Shown: positions 40,256 through 54,402, counted from the first letter of the stretch. The stretch: 64,000 nt of DNA from Eledone cirrhosa (GCA_964016885.1 OZ024741.1:82956001-83020000), one strand, 5' to 3'. Translations and numbers: made by a program. The notes: generated by a model from the letters alone, not told the origin.

Positions 40256-42204
40256 ACCTATTTCAGATTCACTAATGAAAATTCTACACATGTTGAGATT
40301 CTTTAAGTTATTGGAAGCATCAGTTCCATTATATATGTTTCTACTTTTTTTCAGATGTTTCAATTTTAAATTTGTTCCTGAATATTAAATTTACAAGTAT
40401 AATACAAAATTCATTGTGTATTCTTCTTTTATTCTTCTCTGTCATTCGGAAGCACAGGAACGAATATATAGAAGAGGAATCATTTTCAGGCATAATGGAG
40501 AGATAATTTTTCCAGCAGTAGTGCTGAAACGAACTTATGTATGAATGAACCCATGACTTCCGATAGAATCTCCGAAACACGTTAGTGATATCTGGCGTGT
40601 CATTTGGATTTTACACCTGAAAGATCCCATCCATCTTTAGCTTGAAACACAGAGGTTTTTCTCACCGAGCAGTAGAAAGAATAATAGAGATAAAATAAGA
40701 AGAGAAACAAAAGACGCATCGATCCCAGTACTGGACTCGTATTTTTATTGATCTCGAAAGGATGAAAGGTAGTGCCGATCTCGACAGTATTTGAAATCAG
40801 TGTGCACAGAGATGTTACAATTTCCACAAAGTATACTCTCCGAAGTTGAACCTCATACCTTACTGTATTTTACACAGTTCTTTCAATGACGTTATTTCGA
40901 TTCTTGTCCGTGGTAGTACGGAGTTATATACATTTTAGTTGAAAGTCTCTTTGGCTTGTTCATGTAATTTCCTATCTTTTACCTAGGCATCTGCTTCAAG
41001 TTATCGTGATGTTCACTCTAAGGGCTGACAAGATTACAAATATCTTAGTTTGAAGATGGTGAAGAACATGTGATTGAAAGGACTATTTCCTTCAGAATGC
41101 ACGTTTTTTTGGGATCTCATGTTGGAGCATGTTAACAATGCTATTTCGTAATTGAGATATGAGTAGAGAATGGTCAACGTATTATCCATGATGCTGTGAG
41201 CAAAATGCAGTCCAGTAACCAATTCCACCTTTTGGCGCTCCATTCACCAGATGGCTTCCTCACTCTCAATCACAGAAAGTAGGCAGGTCAGATAATATAA
41301 CCTGGATGTACTGAAGGGCTGCATAATAAAGACATAATTGTTCCGATATTCAGCGCTCTGTGTCCAAACATCGCGATGAAAATTATTTTATTATTGGCTT
41401 CGAATCCCCCTCTGTCTGTCAACATTTCTCTTTCTCTACCCGTCTCTCTCTATCTCTGGAAGAAATCGCCTGTTTTCGGATATGCCAGGGACATGTCTTA
41501 TGTAATCGCAGCGTCCCTACGACTTCTTCGGGAGTTAAGGGCCATGAAAATAGAAAAATTATATATATATATATGTGTGTGTGTGTGTGGGTGTGTGTGG
41601 GTGTATGTGTGTATGTATGTGTGTGTGCACGTATTTCCTGCATGTGTGCGTGTGGCTGTCTATATTTACGATTGTGTATATGTCTATGTTTACCTCGTTA
41701 ACCTACCAATTTCACAAAAATAAGTAATCGAGAATATAAATAAATGGCTTGAAAAAATTACTACCTAGTCTCATATAATTGAGTACGTCAGGGCGGATTA
41801 TCAGCATAACCACTGTCTCACGACTGACACTATTAATGCGTGAACGAATAAGTGCATCATTATTTTCTTTGCCAATCTATTTATACAACAAAACATATGG
41901 TGTGCTCCGAAGAAATTTGATTTCAGCTTTCTGTTTAATCATACTGATTATACTAAGTTGAACTTAAATCATTTTTATTAGCAATCATTATACATCTAGC
42001 TTTTGTACATTTATTTGCAACTCAGGTCGCGTCGTTCAGAACTGAGCACTGTTAACGAATAAAAAGGACGGCAAAAATAAAATCAAACACGATGAGCATT
42101 ACAAAAACAACAGCAAAACTACAACAGCTGGCATTTTAATCTGTCCTCGTCTAGCGAAAATATTGATTGTTAGCAAAGTATCGGCATTATTAAATAAGAT
42201 ACAT

Positions 42205-42402
42205 AGGGCAGTGGATTGGCAGTATCGGTAGAGGGTCGGATGCCATGGTCGGATGCCAAATAGTTACGTCCCTTTATGGACTGAGTTCAAATCCCGCCGA
42301 GGTTAACTTTGCTTTTCTTCCTTTTGGGGTCGATGAAATAAAGTACTAGCAATACTCTGGTATAATTGCTGGGTTTGTGCCAAAAGTGGAAACAATTATT
42401 AA
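42205..42402 (+). mobile_element. tRNA-derived SINE, near full length
   Basis: GGGCAGTGGATTGGCAGTATCGGTAGAG...CTGAGTTCAAATCCCGCCGAGGTTAACTTTGC...GGGGTCGATGAAATAAAGTAC...GTGCCAAAAGTGGAAACAATTATT. Confidence 0.88.
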
Positions 42403-42541
42403 ACACAATATCGATATATATATATATATAATGTGACAGACAGCAACATATGTTTTGTATTACAATAGAAGGAATGTAATGTATGTATGTATATATATAT
42501 ATATATATATATGCATACATTACATATATATATACATTTTT

Positions 42542-42723
42542 AAAAAAACGGAGTTAAAAATCGCGTTAGTCCCCTGTAATTTACTGGGCTAGTGGTTGTC
42601 TACCCCCTCCTCCCGCTAAATTTAAAACATACCTGTTTCTCTATATTATGACGGCTCCGGTATCTATACATTGAGCTCATTAAATTGCAGGGGATTAACG
42701 CGAGTTTTTAACTCCGCTTTTTA
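42542..42723. repeat. Inverted repeat (~48 bp arms) at the start of an unclassified TA-flanked element
   Basis: AAAAAACGGAGTTAAAAATCGCGTTAGTCCCCTGTAATTTA vs TAAATTGCAGGGGATTAACGCGAGTTTTTAACTCCGCTTTTT. Confidence 0.8.
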
Positions 42724-43155
42724 ATTTGATATTTGGGTCTCCTAATTCATTTCTTTATGTAAATTGAACTTCTGAAGTTGAATAGTTCTGGGCTGCTATT
42801 TCTGGCGGTTATTTTTTTTATCCATTCAAGCCACTATGAACAGTGTGCCGCGCGGGTTTTTGACTGTTTTTAGCATGTTCGTTATTTTATTTGTCTCAAG
42901 TATTTTTATAAGTGTGGACCATACTGTCGTTATATAAGTTGAAAACTCCTAAACGGTGTGGTATCAACACATTCTCTTATTAGAGTTTGTCCAGGTATTT
43001 ATAATTATAAAAGGTTTGGTCTGTGCATTTTCATTTACACTTTTATTTAATATGTATTTTCCACTCCTTTCGTATAGTTTATGATATTCACTCTTGTGCG
43101 TCTCTACCCCGCGTAATTCAAAACATACCACTTACTGTTTTCTTTCTATATAGCG

Positions 43156-43198
<43 letters not shown>

Positions 43199-43420
43199 CA
43201 ATATATTAACAGAGAAAGCCTTAAGCTATACTCTGACTGGCTTCCATCTCACTCAACAAACATTAGGATATACCTTAGTATAATCACAATTTTTGTTTGG
43301 GGTGCTAACTATATGTATTTTGCGGAAGACCAGTAGTATTATTTTATATGAGACATAATTAAAATATATATATATTTATAGTTTTGAGAGGTTTTTTATA
43401 TGAAATCATGTGTCGAAACA

Positions 43421-44127
43421 AATATTGTTATACTTGGTGAGGGTCATATTTGTGTAATATTGCCAGAATTAATAACGGAACACACTCACTCTTTGGTTGG
43501 TTTTCGCTTTTCGCTTCTGTGTCTTTTATATCGGTAATCTAATTTATTCGGTCCTCAATGTTGCCATTGACTGACCAACGGTAAAATATAATACATATAC
43601 AATATAGACACAAACACATATATATAGTTTATCAGAGTTCTTTCGTTGCACATCTGCAACATCGTCAGTGGTGCTATTGTTTCCTCCCGTTACATTGTAT
43701 GTCTAGGCCATCTTTATTTAGTCTGTTTATATATTTATTTATTTATTTGTTTGTTTGTTTATTTACTTTCAAAGAAGACAAAATAAAATAGACAAACAGA
43801 CAAATAAATAAATAAATATATAAACGGACTAAATAAAGATGGCCTAGACATACAATGTAACGGGAGGAAACAATAGCACCACTGACGATGTTGCAGATGT
43901 GCAACGAAAGAACTTTGATAAACTATATATATGTGTTTGTGTCTATATTGTATCTGTATTATTTTTGACCGTTGGTCAGTCAATAGCTACATTGAGGACC
44001 GAATAAATTAGATTACCGATATAAAAGACACAGAAGTGAAAAGCGAAAACCAACCAAAGAGTGAGTGTGTTCTGTTGTTAATTCTGGTAATATTACACAA
44101 ATATGACCCTCCCCAAGTATAACAATA

Positions 44128-44128
<1 letters not shown>
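43421..44128. mobile_element. Family L fold-back element, ~340 bp near-identical arms, each with an HHR-like core
   Basis: Arms are reverse complements; CUGACGA-U-GUUGCA GAUG UGCAAC-GAAAG at 43882-43910 (+) and 43640-43668 (-). Confidence 0.85.
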
Positions 44129-44169
<41 letters not shown>

Positions 44170-44684
44170 CCTGACGTTGAGAACTCTATTCGATTTGTGA
44201 TGTTTTTGCATTCTTGCAAAAATATACACAACTGAATTTATTCGCATGATATAGGGGCTGCCTCCCTTGCCGATCCCCACGTAGAGTCAGCAATAGTCAG
44301 TCCTTGTATTAACAGTGGACTAAAACCTGTTGAGAAAGTGGCTTCCTTGTTCAATCATCTTACCAGAAGCCTGACATTATTTATCTAAGCGGACGGTACT
44401 TGATTTAGGAGCCGCAGAAACCCAAATACTTGATTTTACCAACCTTCCAGGGGTCCGGGTAAATTTTCAATACCCGAATTACTTGATCGTTATTTTGGCT
44501 ATGCGAATGATTGTTTAACCATCGTCTCAGTGTGTTTGGCCTTTAACGTTTGTTATAGCTCTGGTTCATCTGAATCATTGAGCACTTGCCTCACATCTCG
44601 GTGGTTGTTTTTCGTTATTTCGTGGGCCGAAATGCGAATCTCGATAATTTATGTTTATATATATATAGATGGATAGATAGATAC

Positions 44685-44742
<58 letters not shown>

Positions 44743-44819
44743 GGAGGGTGAGTATGTGCAAATGGGCGGTGTCTGTGTAATTATAGACACACACATGCAC
44801 ACACACACAACCACACAGA

Positions 44820-44913
<94 letters not shown>

Positions 44914-44994
44914 TACATATATATATATAAACTTAAGAAAATTAATAAAGAAAGGACAAGACAACGAACGAAGACAAAAGAAAACAAATAATTT

Positions 44995-45684
44995 TTGAAG
45001 GGGAGACCTTAAAACATTATTTTGAAAACAATATACAAACAAAGGACACAGAATACCATGGTCATCAGCCGTTGAGAAGGTCTTAGGCAGTTTCGACCCC
45101 TACCAAGGGTACTGCTGGGAGAGGGAAGGGTCAACCTGAGTCACAGCGTCTGACACAAGCCAAATGATTTCCAAAGGAGAAACCGACGAAAGAAACATAA
45201 ATTTATAGTGGTTCAGCTACAAAAAGAATTTGTGAAATGTTAGGGAGATTTTCTGGTGCCTCATAGAAACATGAGTGAACCAAAATAAAAAGAAAAAAGA
45301 AAGAAAAAAAGAAGCAAGTAGAAGAAACAAAGATATCGTATTACAACATGTAAGCCATAGCAATATATGGGGAGAAGAGATACATACGTACGTCACATTA
45401 GTAAATAAAGCTTTTAAGGAGAAACCTTAAAAACATTATTTTATTATAAATATACAAACGAAGGATACAGAATTCCATGGTCATTGGTCATGAGATGGAC
45501 TTAGATAGTTTCGACCCTGACTAACAGTACTACTGTTCCAACCGGGTTCACAGTTCTGGCATATGCCAAATGCTGTCCAAATGAATAGGAGACGAAATAC
45601 AAAGATTAATTTATAGTCGTTAAGCTACAAAAAATAAATATAATTTTATGTGACGTTAGGGAAATTTTCTGGTGCCTCATAGAA
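44995..45684. repeat. Diverged direct duplication (~275 bp; 44995-45270 and 45413-45684)
   Basis: GGAGA.CCTTAAAACATTATTTT...CCATGGTCAT...GTTTCGACCC...TTTTCTGGTGCCTCATAGAA twice. Confidence 0.8.
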
Positions 45685-45959
45685 CACGCTCTGATGAAGT
45701 TACAGTTTGAGAGTTCTGTCGAATATGGGAATATGCTTTAGTCACAATTTCTCCCAATACCGCTCTGTCCTGGGACGGCAGTACCTGCCAGGGTCCCAGT
45801 TGTGGGTTAAATAGTCTTAGTAGCAAGGTTTGTTGTTCCAAGACCCGGAATTTACGCACATGTTGGGTAGCATCCAGCAATCATGCCCCAGATTGAGTAA
45901 CTACACCCGTGCCTAGGAGCAATATTTTTGAGCCAGAGGCTTGGAGAAGGACTCTCTGA

Positions 45960-47740
45960 TGTAAAGGCCTAAGTGATATGTCCTCGACCACCAACCACTT
46001 CAAGCTCTATTGCGATGGGAAAAGGTGCGAAAACGACAGGTGTACGGTGATATTGGAAGCCGTAGATCCAATCCTGCATGCAGGCGGTTCAGGCGTCTGC
46101 TTTAAAACAGTTAGCTTAAACAAAGCTCGTCATCTACAGCACACAGTTGGCAAACCATAGTCAACGGGCATCTTCTCGCGAAGTGGAGAAAGAATGAAAA
46201 CATACATACCCACCTGTACGGATGTGAATGGACTGAAAATCGTATGCTGGAACATCAAAAGCATGCTAGTCAACAGCAGTCATCCAGTACGTCAATCTTT
46301 TCTAATTGTACACGAGCGAGCGAGAGGGAATGATAGCATTGCTTGTTATTGAAGTCGGCTTCCCAGAAGAAGGTAGCCTACAAGAGTATGCCACCGGATA
46401 CACTCACTGCTGGTCATGCAGACCAGCAGCAGAGAGACGCCTTTCAGTAGTGGTATTCATGGTTAGGAGTTCTAACGCGCCATTCTGGCGGCAATATTTC
46501 TGTGGACCACCCACTGAGTAAGCCAACACATGACACACTTTTCAGTGTGTACTCACCTACTCAAACAGTTCCTGTGGAAAAGAACAAGTTTTACTCTGAT
46601 CTGCACAGTCTCTTACAAGGCTCCGTTGCGGACGTTTCAACACCACAGTAGGCCGAGTTTCTGTAACTATGGAGGCAGTGCTTCGGAGATATGGCGTTGG
46701 AAACTGCAATGGATGCTTGCTGTTGGGATTTTGCACAGAACATCACAACTCTTCAAGAACACCCATCTTCCAGCAGAAGGACAGTTTGTAAACAACTTGG
46801 ATGCATTTCTTTCCAAACACTGAGACTTCATCGATTATATTCTGGTGCATCGGTGTGACCTGAAATACATCTTGCATACTAGACCAATTCCCAGTGCGAA
46901 ATGCTACACCGACCATCGTCTTATACGCTGCAAACGCAAGCTCCACTTTAAACCCAAATGAAAGAAAGGAGAGGCCGCCAGGAAAAAATTCAAGGTTAGC
47001 AGATTTCAATCAGCTGAAGGGGAAACTGACTTCCAGGCAGTTTTTCAGCTGTGACTTGAAGGTATGAGCATTCTCACAGATCCCTTTCCATAATCATTAA
47101 AAAAAATATCATTCTGCAGATCTGGGGAAGTTATTGGGTTAAGCTGAAAGAAGAACAAAAACTAGTTTGATGAAAACAACAAGGAAATTTAAGAATCCCT
47201 GGTGAAGAAAAGATCCACGCACCAGGCTCACTTAGCTCAGCCATCGTTTCCTGTGACGAAAGCTGCATTTAGAATTCGTAATCAGTAACCTCAAGCGTAA
47301 GCTTTGAGAGATTCAGAACAGGTAACATACCAACATCGATGAAAAACTCAGATGTATGCAGACACCGAAGATATTATGAGTTTCTACGGAGTCTTCAAGA
47401 TGTAGTATGAACCTGGATATCAAGTGAAGAGTCATCTGTGCAGTACAGACAGCGGGGCCCTCATCAATATTAAGCGTCCGTCTTAACCCGTTCGTCAGAA
47501 CATTTTCAGTTCCTTTTCAGCACTAACCACACTGTTCAAAAATCATCAATTCTCAGCATTCCCCAATAACCAATAAAGTAAAATTTGATGAGTTGCCCCC
47601 CATTGTTGAGACCATAGCAGCATACAGCATTTAATGAGTTACAAAGCAGCAGTAGTCGTTGGAATTCCAATCGAGATTTGGAAGCATGGGTGCCCAAGAC
47701 TAAACGCGAAACACTATAAACTCATCGTATGTTGCTGGGA
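45960..47740 (+). mobile_element. Decayed RTE/BovB-like LINE, 5' half (AP endonuclease and linker)
   Basis: CWNIKSML, EEGSLQE..GYT..WS, ERRLS.V.F, and DHRL-type motif (ACCGACCATCGTCTTATA); many stops. Confidence 0.75.
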
Positions 47741-47960
47741 GGATTCAACATCTCTGGGAACATATATTTGGCAATTGAAAGAAAATGGGAATACAAACTC
47801 TACCATCAAATGGATCATTGGGGTAAAGACGAAAGCATATAACGGACTAGGCATGAGAAAAGGTAAATACTCTCGCCTAATTGGAGGAATCATTACTATG
47901 AAAATTCAGCCTATATCGTTCCAAACATATCCACCTCATGGAAAACACCAAACCGCATAC
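47741..47960 (+). mobile_element. Probable PLE endonuclease C-terminal fragment
   Basis: STSLGTYIWQLKE....IKW.I....KAYN resembles the T.LS.YIW.LK motif of PLE GIY-YIG C-termini. Confidence 0.45.
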
Positions 47961-48509
47961 CGGATAACACACGGCCCCTGTGATTACCTATCGGATAACG
48001 AAGCGTACTGGATTGTACAAATGTCGAATACCCTGTCACGACCTCCTCAGCTATACATCATAGTTTTCTCCATTAGCATAATCCCATATAAATAGTTCAC
48101 CCCCCCTCGTATGTTACACTATAATTCTATATTTCACAATTGTATATTTTCATAATACTTTATTGCATTGCATTATAGTATATTATACATTATATTATAT
48201 TTCATTTTTCTCTACATTATATTCTCCATATTTTCTCTTAAATTACGTTAATTCGTATTTTATATATTTCTTCGATACGAAGCCCACCGCGATCACAACC
48301 AACAACTTCCACCCATCATAGTTATTTCTCTACCCACTATCATATATATACTCTTATATACACCATTTCTTATAAATTTACATTTCATAATATTTCATGA
48401 TACAATAATATTATTGATAATATCTTTAACTTATTTCATTTTATTTTAATTCTAATTTTAAATTTACTTTTCATTGAAAAATGTTCCACTGTGCATTGTA
48501 TCTTACACT

Positions 48510-48583
48510 TCTCTCCGTCTAACCCATGCTAGTGTGGAAGAACGGACGTAAAACGGTGATGATGATGATGATGATGATGATGA
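48510..48583 (+). mobile_element. SINE/LINE 3' tail with (GAT)n
   Basis: AACCCATGCTAGTGTGGAAGAACGGACGTAAAACGGTGATGATGATG. Confidence 0.6.
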
Positions 48584-48772
48584 CTACCACTCCACATAGT
48601 ATTTAACCCACCAAATATGCAGTGAAACATTCCATTCTATTCTGTCTATGCCATAAATGTTACCTTTTCTTCTTCACCATCCTCTTCTACATCATCCACT
48701 TCATTTTATCTTACTTCTGTAAAAAATTCTATTTCAGCTGACCAACTATTAAAACTAGTCTCTCTCTTCTCT

Positions 48773-48822
<50 letters not shown>

Positions 48823-49119
48823 AACAAAAACAGCTCTATGATTTGCATAGTAGACATAAAAAACGCTTAAGTCGTATTTCCTTTAAAAGTGGTACGTTAT
48901 TTTTTTTTCACAACTTTTCAAAATTATGTAATATTTAAATAAAGTATAGCTTGTATAAAGATTTGCATGGGTATTATTATTATTCTTGTATTCTTTGTGT
49001 TAATTTTTTTTCTGCTTTTGCATTCAGGCTGTTTTCATCTGTCATAGTTTATCCAAATACTGCAATGATGTTATTTTTGTCGTTGTTGTTAAGGATTCTG
49101 TTATATTTAGGTGTTATGT

Positions 49120-49169
<50 letters not shown>

Positions 49170-49365
49170 TAGAAGTAGTAGTAGTATATAATATGTTTGT
49201 GTTGACGGAAATTTCTGCAAATATAAAATTTATTCTCCGCTCTATGTAGTCAATACGTTTCTCAATGTCAGAAAAATACATTTCATTGAAATATTGTCTG
49301 AGCAGTTGTTTTAAAAATGCGTGTTTGAAAGGAATAACAGTTTCTCTTTCTCTATTATCTACCCC

Positions 49366-49396
<31 letters not shown>

Positions 49397-49413
49397 CACA
49401 CACATAACATAAC

Positions 49414-49510
<97 letters not shown>

Positions 49511-49537
49511 TTATATATATATATATATATATGTCTA

Positions 49538-49646
49538 TATATATATAATTTAACGCTCTTTTATAAATAAAGACTTGTCAGTGTATTATATATATATATA
49601 CATATATATAAGACATATATATATATGTACATCTATATATTTATTT

Positions 49647-49703
<57 letters not shown>

Positions 49704-49756
49704 ACATACATCCCCATACACTGAGAAGTCTTTATTTATAATAGAGCGTTAAATTA
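49538..49756. repeat. Inverted repeat (~40 bp unique arms) around a (TA)n core
   Basis: AATTTAACGCTCTTTTATAAATAAAGACTTGTCAGTGTAT vs ATACACTGAGAAGTCTTTATTTATAATAGAGCGTTAAATT. Confidence 0.85.
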
Positions 49757-50086
49757 AGGTATAAAACTTAAATGTGAAAAGAAAAACATTTATTTTCAGA
49801 AAAGAACGAAAGCACTTATAATTTATCGTACAAATGCAAATGTAAACATTATTAACAAAAAATCTACAACTACTTTTTCTTGTTCTCTTGTTGTAGCTAC
49901 CAGCTTTTCGATGATAAACTTATGTCATAACAATATATTGAAATATGTTTCCCAGAAAAATACTACAATGAATTTCAACACAAGAATATCATACAGACAT
50001 ACACATTTAAAACGGTAAATATATATTTATATATAGATATACACAAACATATATATATATATGATCGTGTGTGTGTGGGGGGGGGG

Positions 50087-50134
<48 letters not shown>

Positions 50135-50818
50135 ATGTGTCTGTCTGTGCATAGATATATATGTGTAACCAAAATCGCAACATGTGCAAAAACTGTTTAC
50201 TCATCGGCTCACTATATAGCTGCACAGTTTCCATTCGTTCCGACAATATTGTAGACACATGCGCGATCATAGACAATGCCAAGTTATTTAAACAATGCAC
50301 TGAAGAATTGTACAAAGCGAAATCGAAGCAGAAATTAGGTGAAATTAAATGGCTTTGTCATATTTTTCATTCATGTCGAACAATGTGTGACAAACAGAGA
50401 CGAAAATGTGCTCTGCTCCGGAAAGCCACATTTGGCGCTGCTGTAGCACTGAGACGAGAGAACTTGACAATTGCATCAGATGTTAGAAGACATGAGTTGG
50501 TATGTATATGTGTGTGTGTGTGTGTGTGTTTGTCACCTAGCTGTAAGCAGAGTAGGATGGACAGAGAAATGACCTGTCTTCTCTGAATGAACATGTATGT
50601 GAAAATTAATGTTTCTTACCCTGTTTATTTTCATTTTCTTCATCATCATCATTATTATTATCACTATTTGTACAAATATGCAACTTAACAATATTCTGCA
50701 TATCTGCAATTGACAATGTATTTAATTCTGAAACCTTATTGTAAATAAATTAATGTTTTTATATCTCACTGGAAAAAATATCTTCAACATTTTCTACTGA
50801 AAGAATCTTTTTCGTTTC

Positions 50819-50860
<42 letters not shown>

Positions 50861-50862
<2 letters not shown>

Positions 50863-51308
50863 CAAACGAATTGTTGTAAGGAAGCAGATGGACCATAACG
50901 GACCAGAGTACTCAATACTTGGGGTAGTATGACCCCGACGGCAGAGCTCAAGCCGTTTCGACGGCTATTTCTGGACTAAATCCAGATATCGCCGTCGAAA
51001 CGGCTTGAGCTCTGCCGTCGGGGTCATACTTTTTCCTATATATATATATATATAACGGAGGAAATGTGGTAAGGAACCAGGTGTACCATAACGCACCAAA
51101 GTACTCAATACTTAGGGTAGTAGAATGGCTAATAGGAATGAGTAGGACCCCGACGGCTGAGCTCAAGCCGTTTCGACGGCTAATTCTGGACTCAGTCCAG
51201 AATTAGCCGTCGAAACGACTTGAGCTCAGCCGTCGGGGTCCTACTACCACAATTATTGAGTACTTTGCTGCGTTATGGTACACCTGGTTCCTTACCACAT
51301 TTCCTCCG

Positions 51309-51343
<35 letters not shown>

Positions 51344-51405
51344 AACGAGTAGGACCCCGACGGCTGAGCTCAAGCCGTTTCGACGGCTAATTCTGGACTC
51401 AGTCC
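50861..51405. mobile_element. Cluster of three family A insertions separated by (TA)n
   Basis: Copies at 50861-51037 (fold-back), 51053-51311 (fold-back at CTGGACTCAGTCCAG) and 51341-51405. Confidence 0.88.
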
Positions 51406-51604
51406 ATATATATATATATATGTAAGAATATTTTCGAAACAGCGAGTTGATTTGAAATTATTAGAAATGTTAGTCAAAATACGGCGATAGCTAACATTTC
51501 TAATAATATATATATATATATATATATATCCAGGAAGTGTAACTTGGAGTTACTGTAGGTTTACTTCAGTGTCGAGGTGTAGAGCTAGACAGAGTGTATT
51601 AGAG

Positions 51605-51924
51605 TGAAATAAGATAATAAGGACGATTGGTTACTCCTTCATTACGTTCATTGGTTGGTGACGCGCGTTTCGTCACTGATCAGCTCAAAATTCGATCTGT
51701 ATCGATCTGACTCGACTCTGTAATCCGCGGCTCGTCAAACCCCTTGTAATATTAATGGGAAAACAAAATTCGATTAACATTACAAGGGGTCTGATATTCT
51801 GCGGTTTACATAGTCGGGTCAGATCGATACAGATTGAACCTTGAGCTGATCAGTAACGAAACGCGCGATACCAACCAATAAACGTAATGAAGGAGTAACC
51901 AATCGTCCTTGTTACCTTATTTCA
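51605..51924. mobile_element. Family N diverged fold-back with degenerate HHR in each arm
   Basis: ~150 bp arms; outward-reading GGGGU-(C/U)UGA(CGA)...AC-GAAACGCGCG(UC)-ACC. Confidence 0.7.
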
Positions 51925-52510
51925 ATGCAACAACGCAGCTCGCCATTTTTGATTCATATATGTTTTCCCCTTCGCTGTGACCTGTCTTTTTTCTTTTCCC
52001 TTACTGCTATCATCTTTCTCTCTCCCCCTTCTCTCACCTTCTCCCTCTTACTTTCACTCATCTCCTCACTCCCTCTCGGCTAACCTCTTCCTCGCACTTT
52101 CACTCACTCACTCTCTGCTCACTCTCTGCCTCACTTCCTCCATCGTCCCACACCGTACGCAATCCTTTTCCTCGGTCACATCCGTACGGCTAAGATGTGT
52201 CTTTATCTTCTCGTCAATATTCACCCGTTCTTATGTTCGAAATGAATTATTGACTTGATTTTTTCATTTTTTCCTCTCTTTACGTTGCCTCACCATTCGT
52301 GTCTGTTTACTTGTATTTCTCTTTCTCCACCCAACTCTTTTTATCCCAATAAATTATTTTAGTTATTGTATCGCCCTAGCTGGAGGTATATTGTCTGTAA
52401 TGCGAAGAAATACCTATGATGGTTAGTACTGATGATGGATATTCCTAACTTCTATTTCTAATTCTTCATTTATTATACTTAAATGCAACAACACAGCTCG
52501 CGATTTTTGA

Positions 52511-52566
<56 letters not shown>

Positions 52567-52577
52567 CATGTGTCTGT

Positions 52578-52619
<42 letters not shown>

Positions 52620-52717
52620 GTGTGCGTGTGTGTGTGGGTGTGGGTGTGTGTGAATGAACCCGTATTATCCTGACTGATGACCCTGTGACAAACAGGTGAA
52701 ATGATATGAATAAATAA

Positions 52718-52803
<86 letters not shown>

Positions 52804-53407
52804 CAGGTCACCACTTGGTGCTAGTGGTAACATGTATCCCAGTACAACCTGTCTCATGGTAGGGTCGTTGGCGACTAAACTGGCAACCCCACCAAGGTTT
52901 CTTGGTGAGGAGGGTGACTTTGGACATCCTGCAGGACTAAAAACAAAACCTGTCAAAGGGCAAAGGAGCTCTTAAGAGTCAATGGCCATCCAAAATCACT
53001 GGGAGAGATGACCCCTTAGCCTTTGTCAAGGCAGAATTCTAGGAGAAGGAAAACTCTGATATAACACCTGCAACCCTGATGGTATCCAATGATGTTGACT
53101 TGTTCTTCTTTTTGGTAAATATCATCTTGGTTAAGAGAGTGGGACTGGCTTTGTGCAGTGCCTTTGCTCACTATAAAAGCTTCACGGCACAGGCATTGCT
53201 TTATATCTGGAGATCTCTCTGCACTTGCCGTCACATGGTACCATGGGCCCAGCACTATGTGTCAATAATTGTCACAAGTGTAGTGTATGTACCAGAGTTT
53301 TCAAGTCGCTGGCTGGACTAAAAAGTCACACTCGTTCAGCGCATCGGTAGGGGTTCTCCTACATGGATATAAAGTAGTGGCCGTACTCGAAAACGAGTTG
53401 GCAGCCA

Positions 53408-53465
<58 letters not shown>

Positions 53466-54310
53466 CTGATTCTAAAACAATTACTAAAACAATTACTAAA
53501 ACATACACGTCTTTCTGTGAAAATAGGATTTCTAAACTTTGTATATTTGTAGTGAGAACGGAAGTATTATTGAACTGGGTGGATCCTCCGCAGAAGAGAT
53601 CAGTTTTCATTTCCGTAACAGGGGACGTAAATATAATTAGACTGTTGTAGGTTCGAACGATCCCTTATGATAGATTAGCCAGAGATAACGCCAATCCCTG
53701 GGTATCGTGGTCCGTCAAGTTACATAAAAACATTTCGAAGCGTGGGAGCAGCAGTTGAAAAAAGTCATCTAACTTGTTAAGGCAAGCATTGTTGCGTAAA
53801 CTCTGCAAGATATTTGATCTTTCATCCTTGCACAATCTCTAGATCTGTTTACATATGGTCTCGATTCCTTTAAGGATTTTCTATTTGACAGAAATTCACG
53901 CCCACCTGGTTGGGTGACCATATATGGCTTGCTAGTTTTGTGGTCGATCTCTTGTCCGTGTGTCTAGTCGTCATCTTTGAAATATATGCATGAACGTTAT
54001 TTAAAAACTTCGTTAAAAACATCAGCATTAGAATCTCAAATTATTTCTCTAACAGGGCCAACTTTGACGAAAGCGGCACCATATACCAACGCCATACTAT
54101 AACACATTCCAAAACGCGCACTTACACATACACGCGAATCCTTAAATGCTCGCGCGCTAACGCATATACGCACACGAATATCTGTGAATACACACCCGCA
54201 TTGCTGCCCTACGAATTACACCACAATACACACATACGCCCACACACAAAAAGGTAGGACCGATGCCTATATATATCTTATTAGCCCACGTAACACAACA
54301 AAAATATAAC

Positions 54311-54402
54311 ACCAGTCTGACGAGCAGGTCCATATTAGAGTCGGACCCATAACTCATAATGGTTACCTTGCGCCAATCCTCTGCGAAACGCGCGTAACAG
54401 GT
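54311..54402 (+). ncRNA. Type I hammerhead ribozyme with long helix II insert
   Basis: ACCAGU-CUGACGA-GCAG...CUGC-GAAAC GCGC GUA-ACAGGU; canonical core, palindromic helix III, one mismatch in helix I. Confidence 0.8.

Noticed and set aside
50161-50586. 141 aa Cys-rich ORF
   Set aside because: Starts and ends in microsatellite, no recognisable domain; not supported without expression data.
52803-53410. GC-richer segment resembling LINE fragments
   Set aside because: Could not be assigned to a family from motifs; left uncalled.
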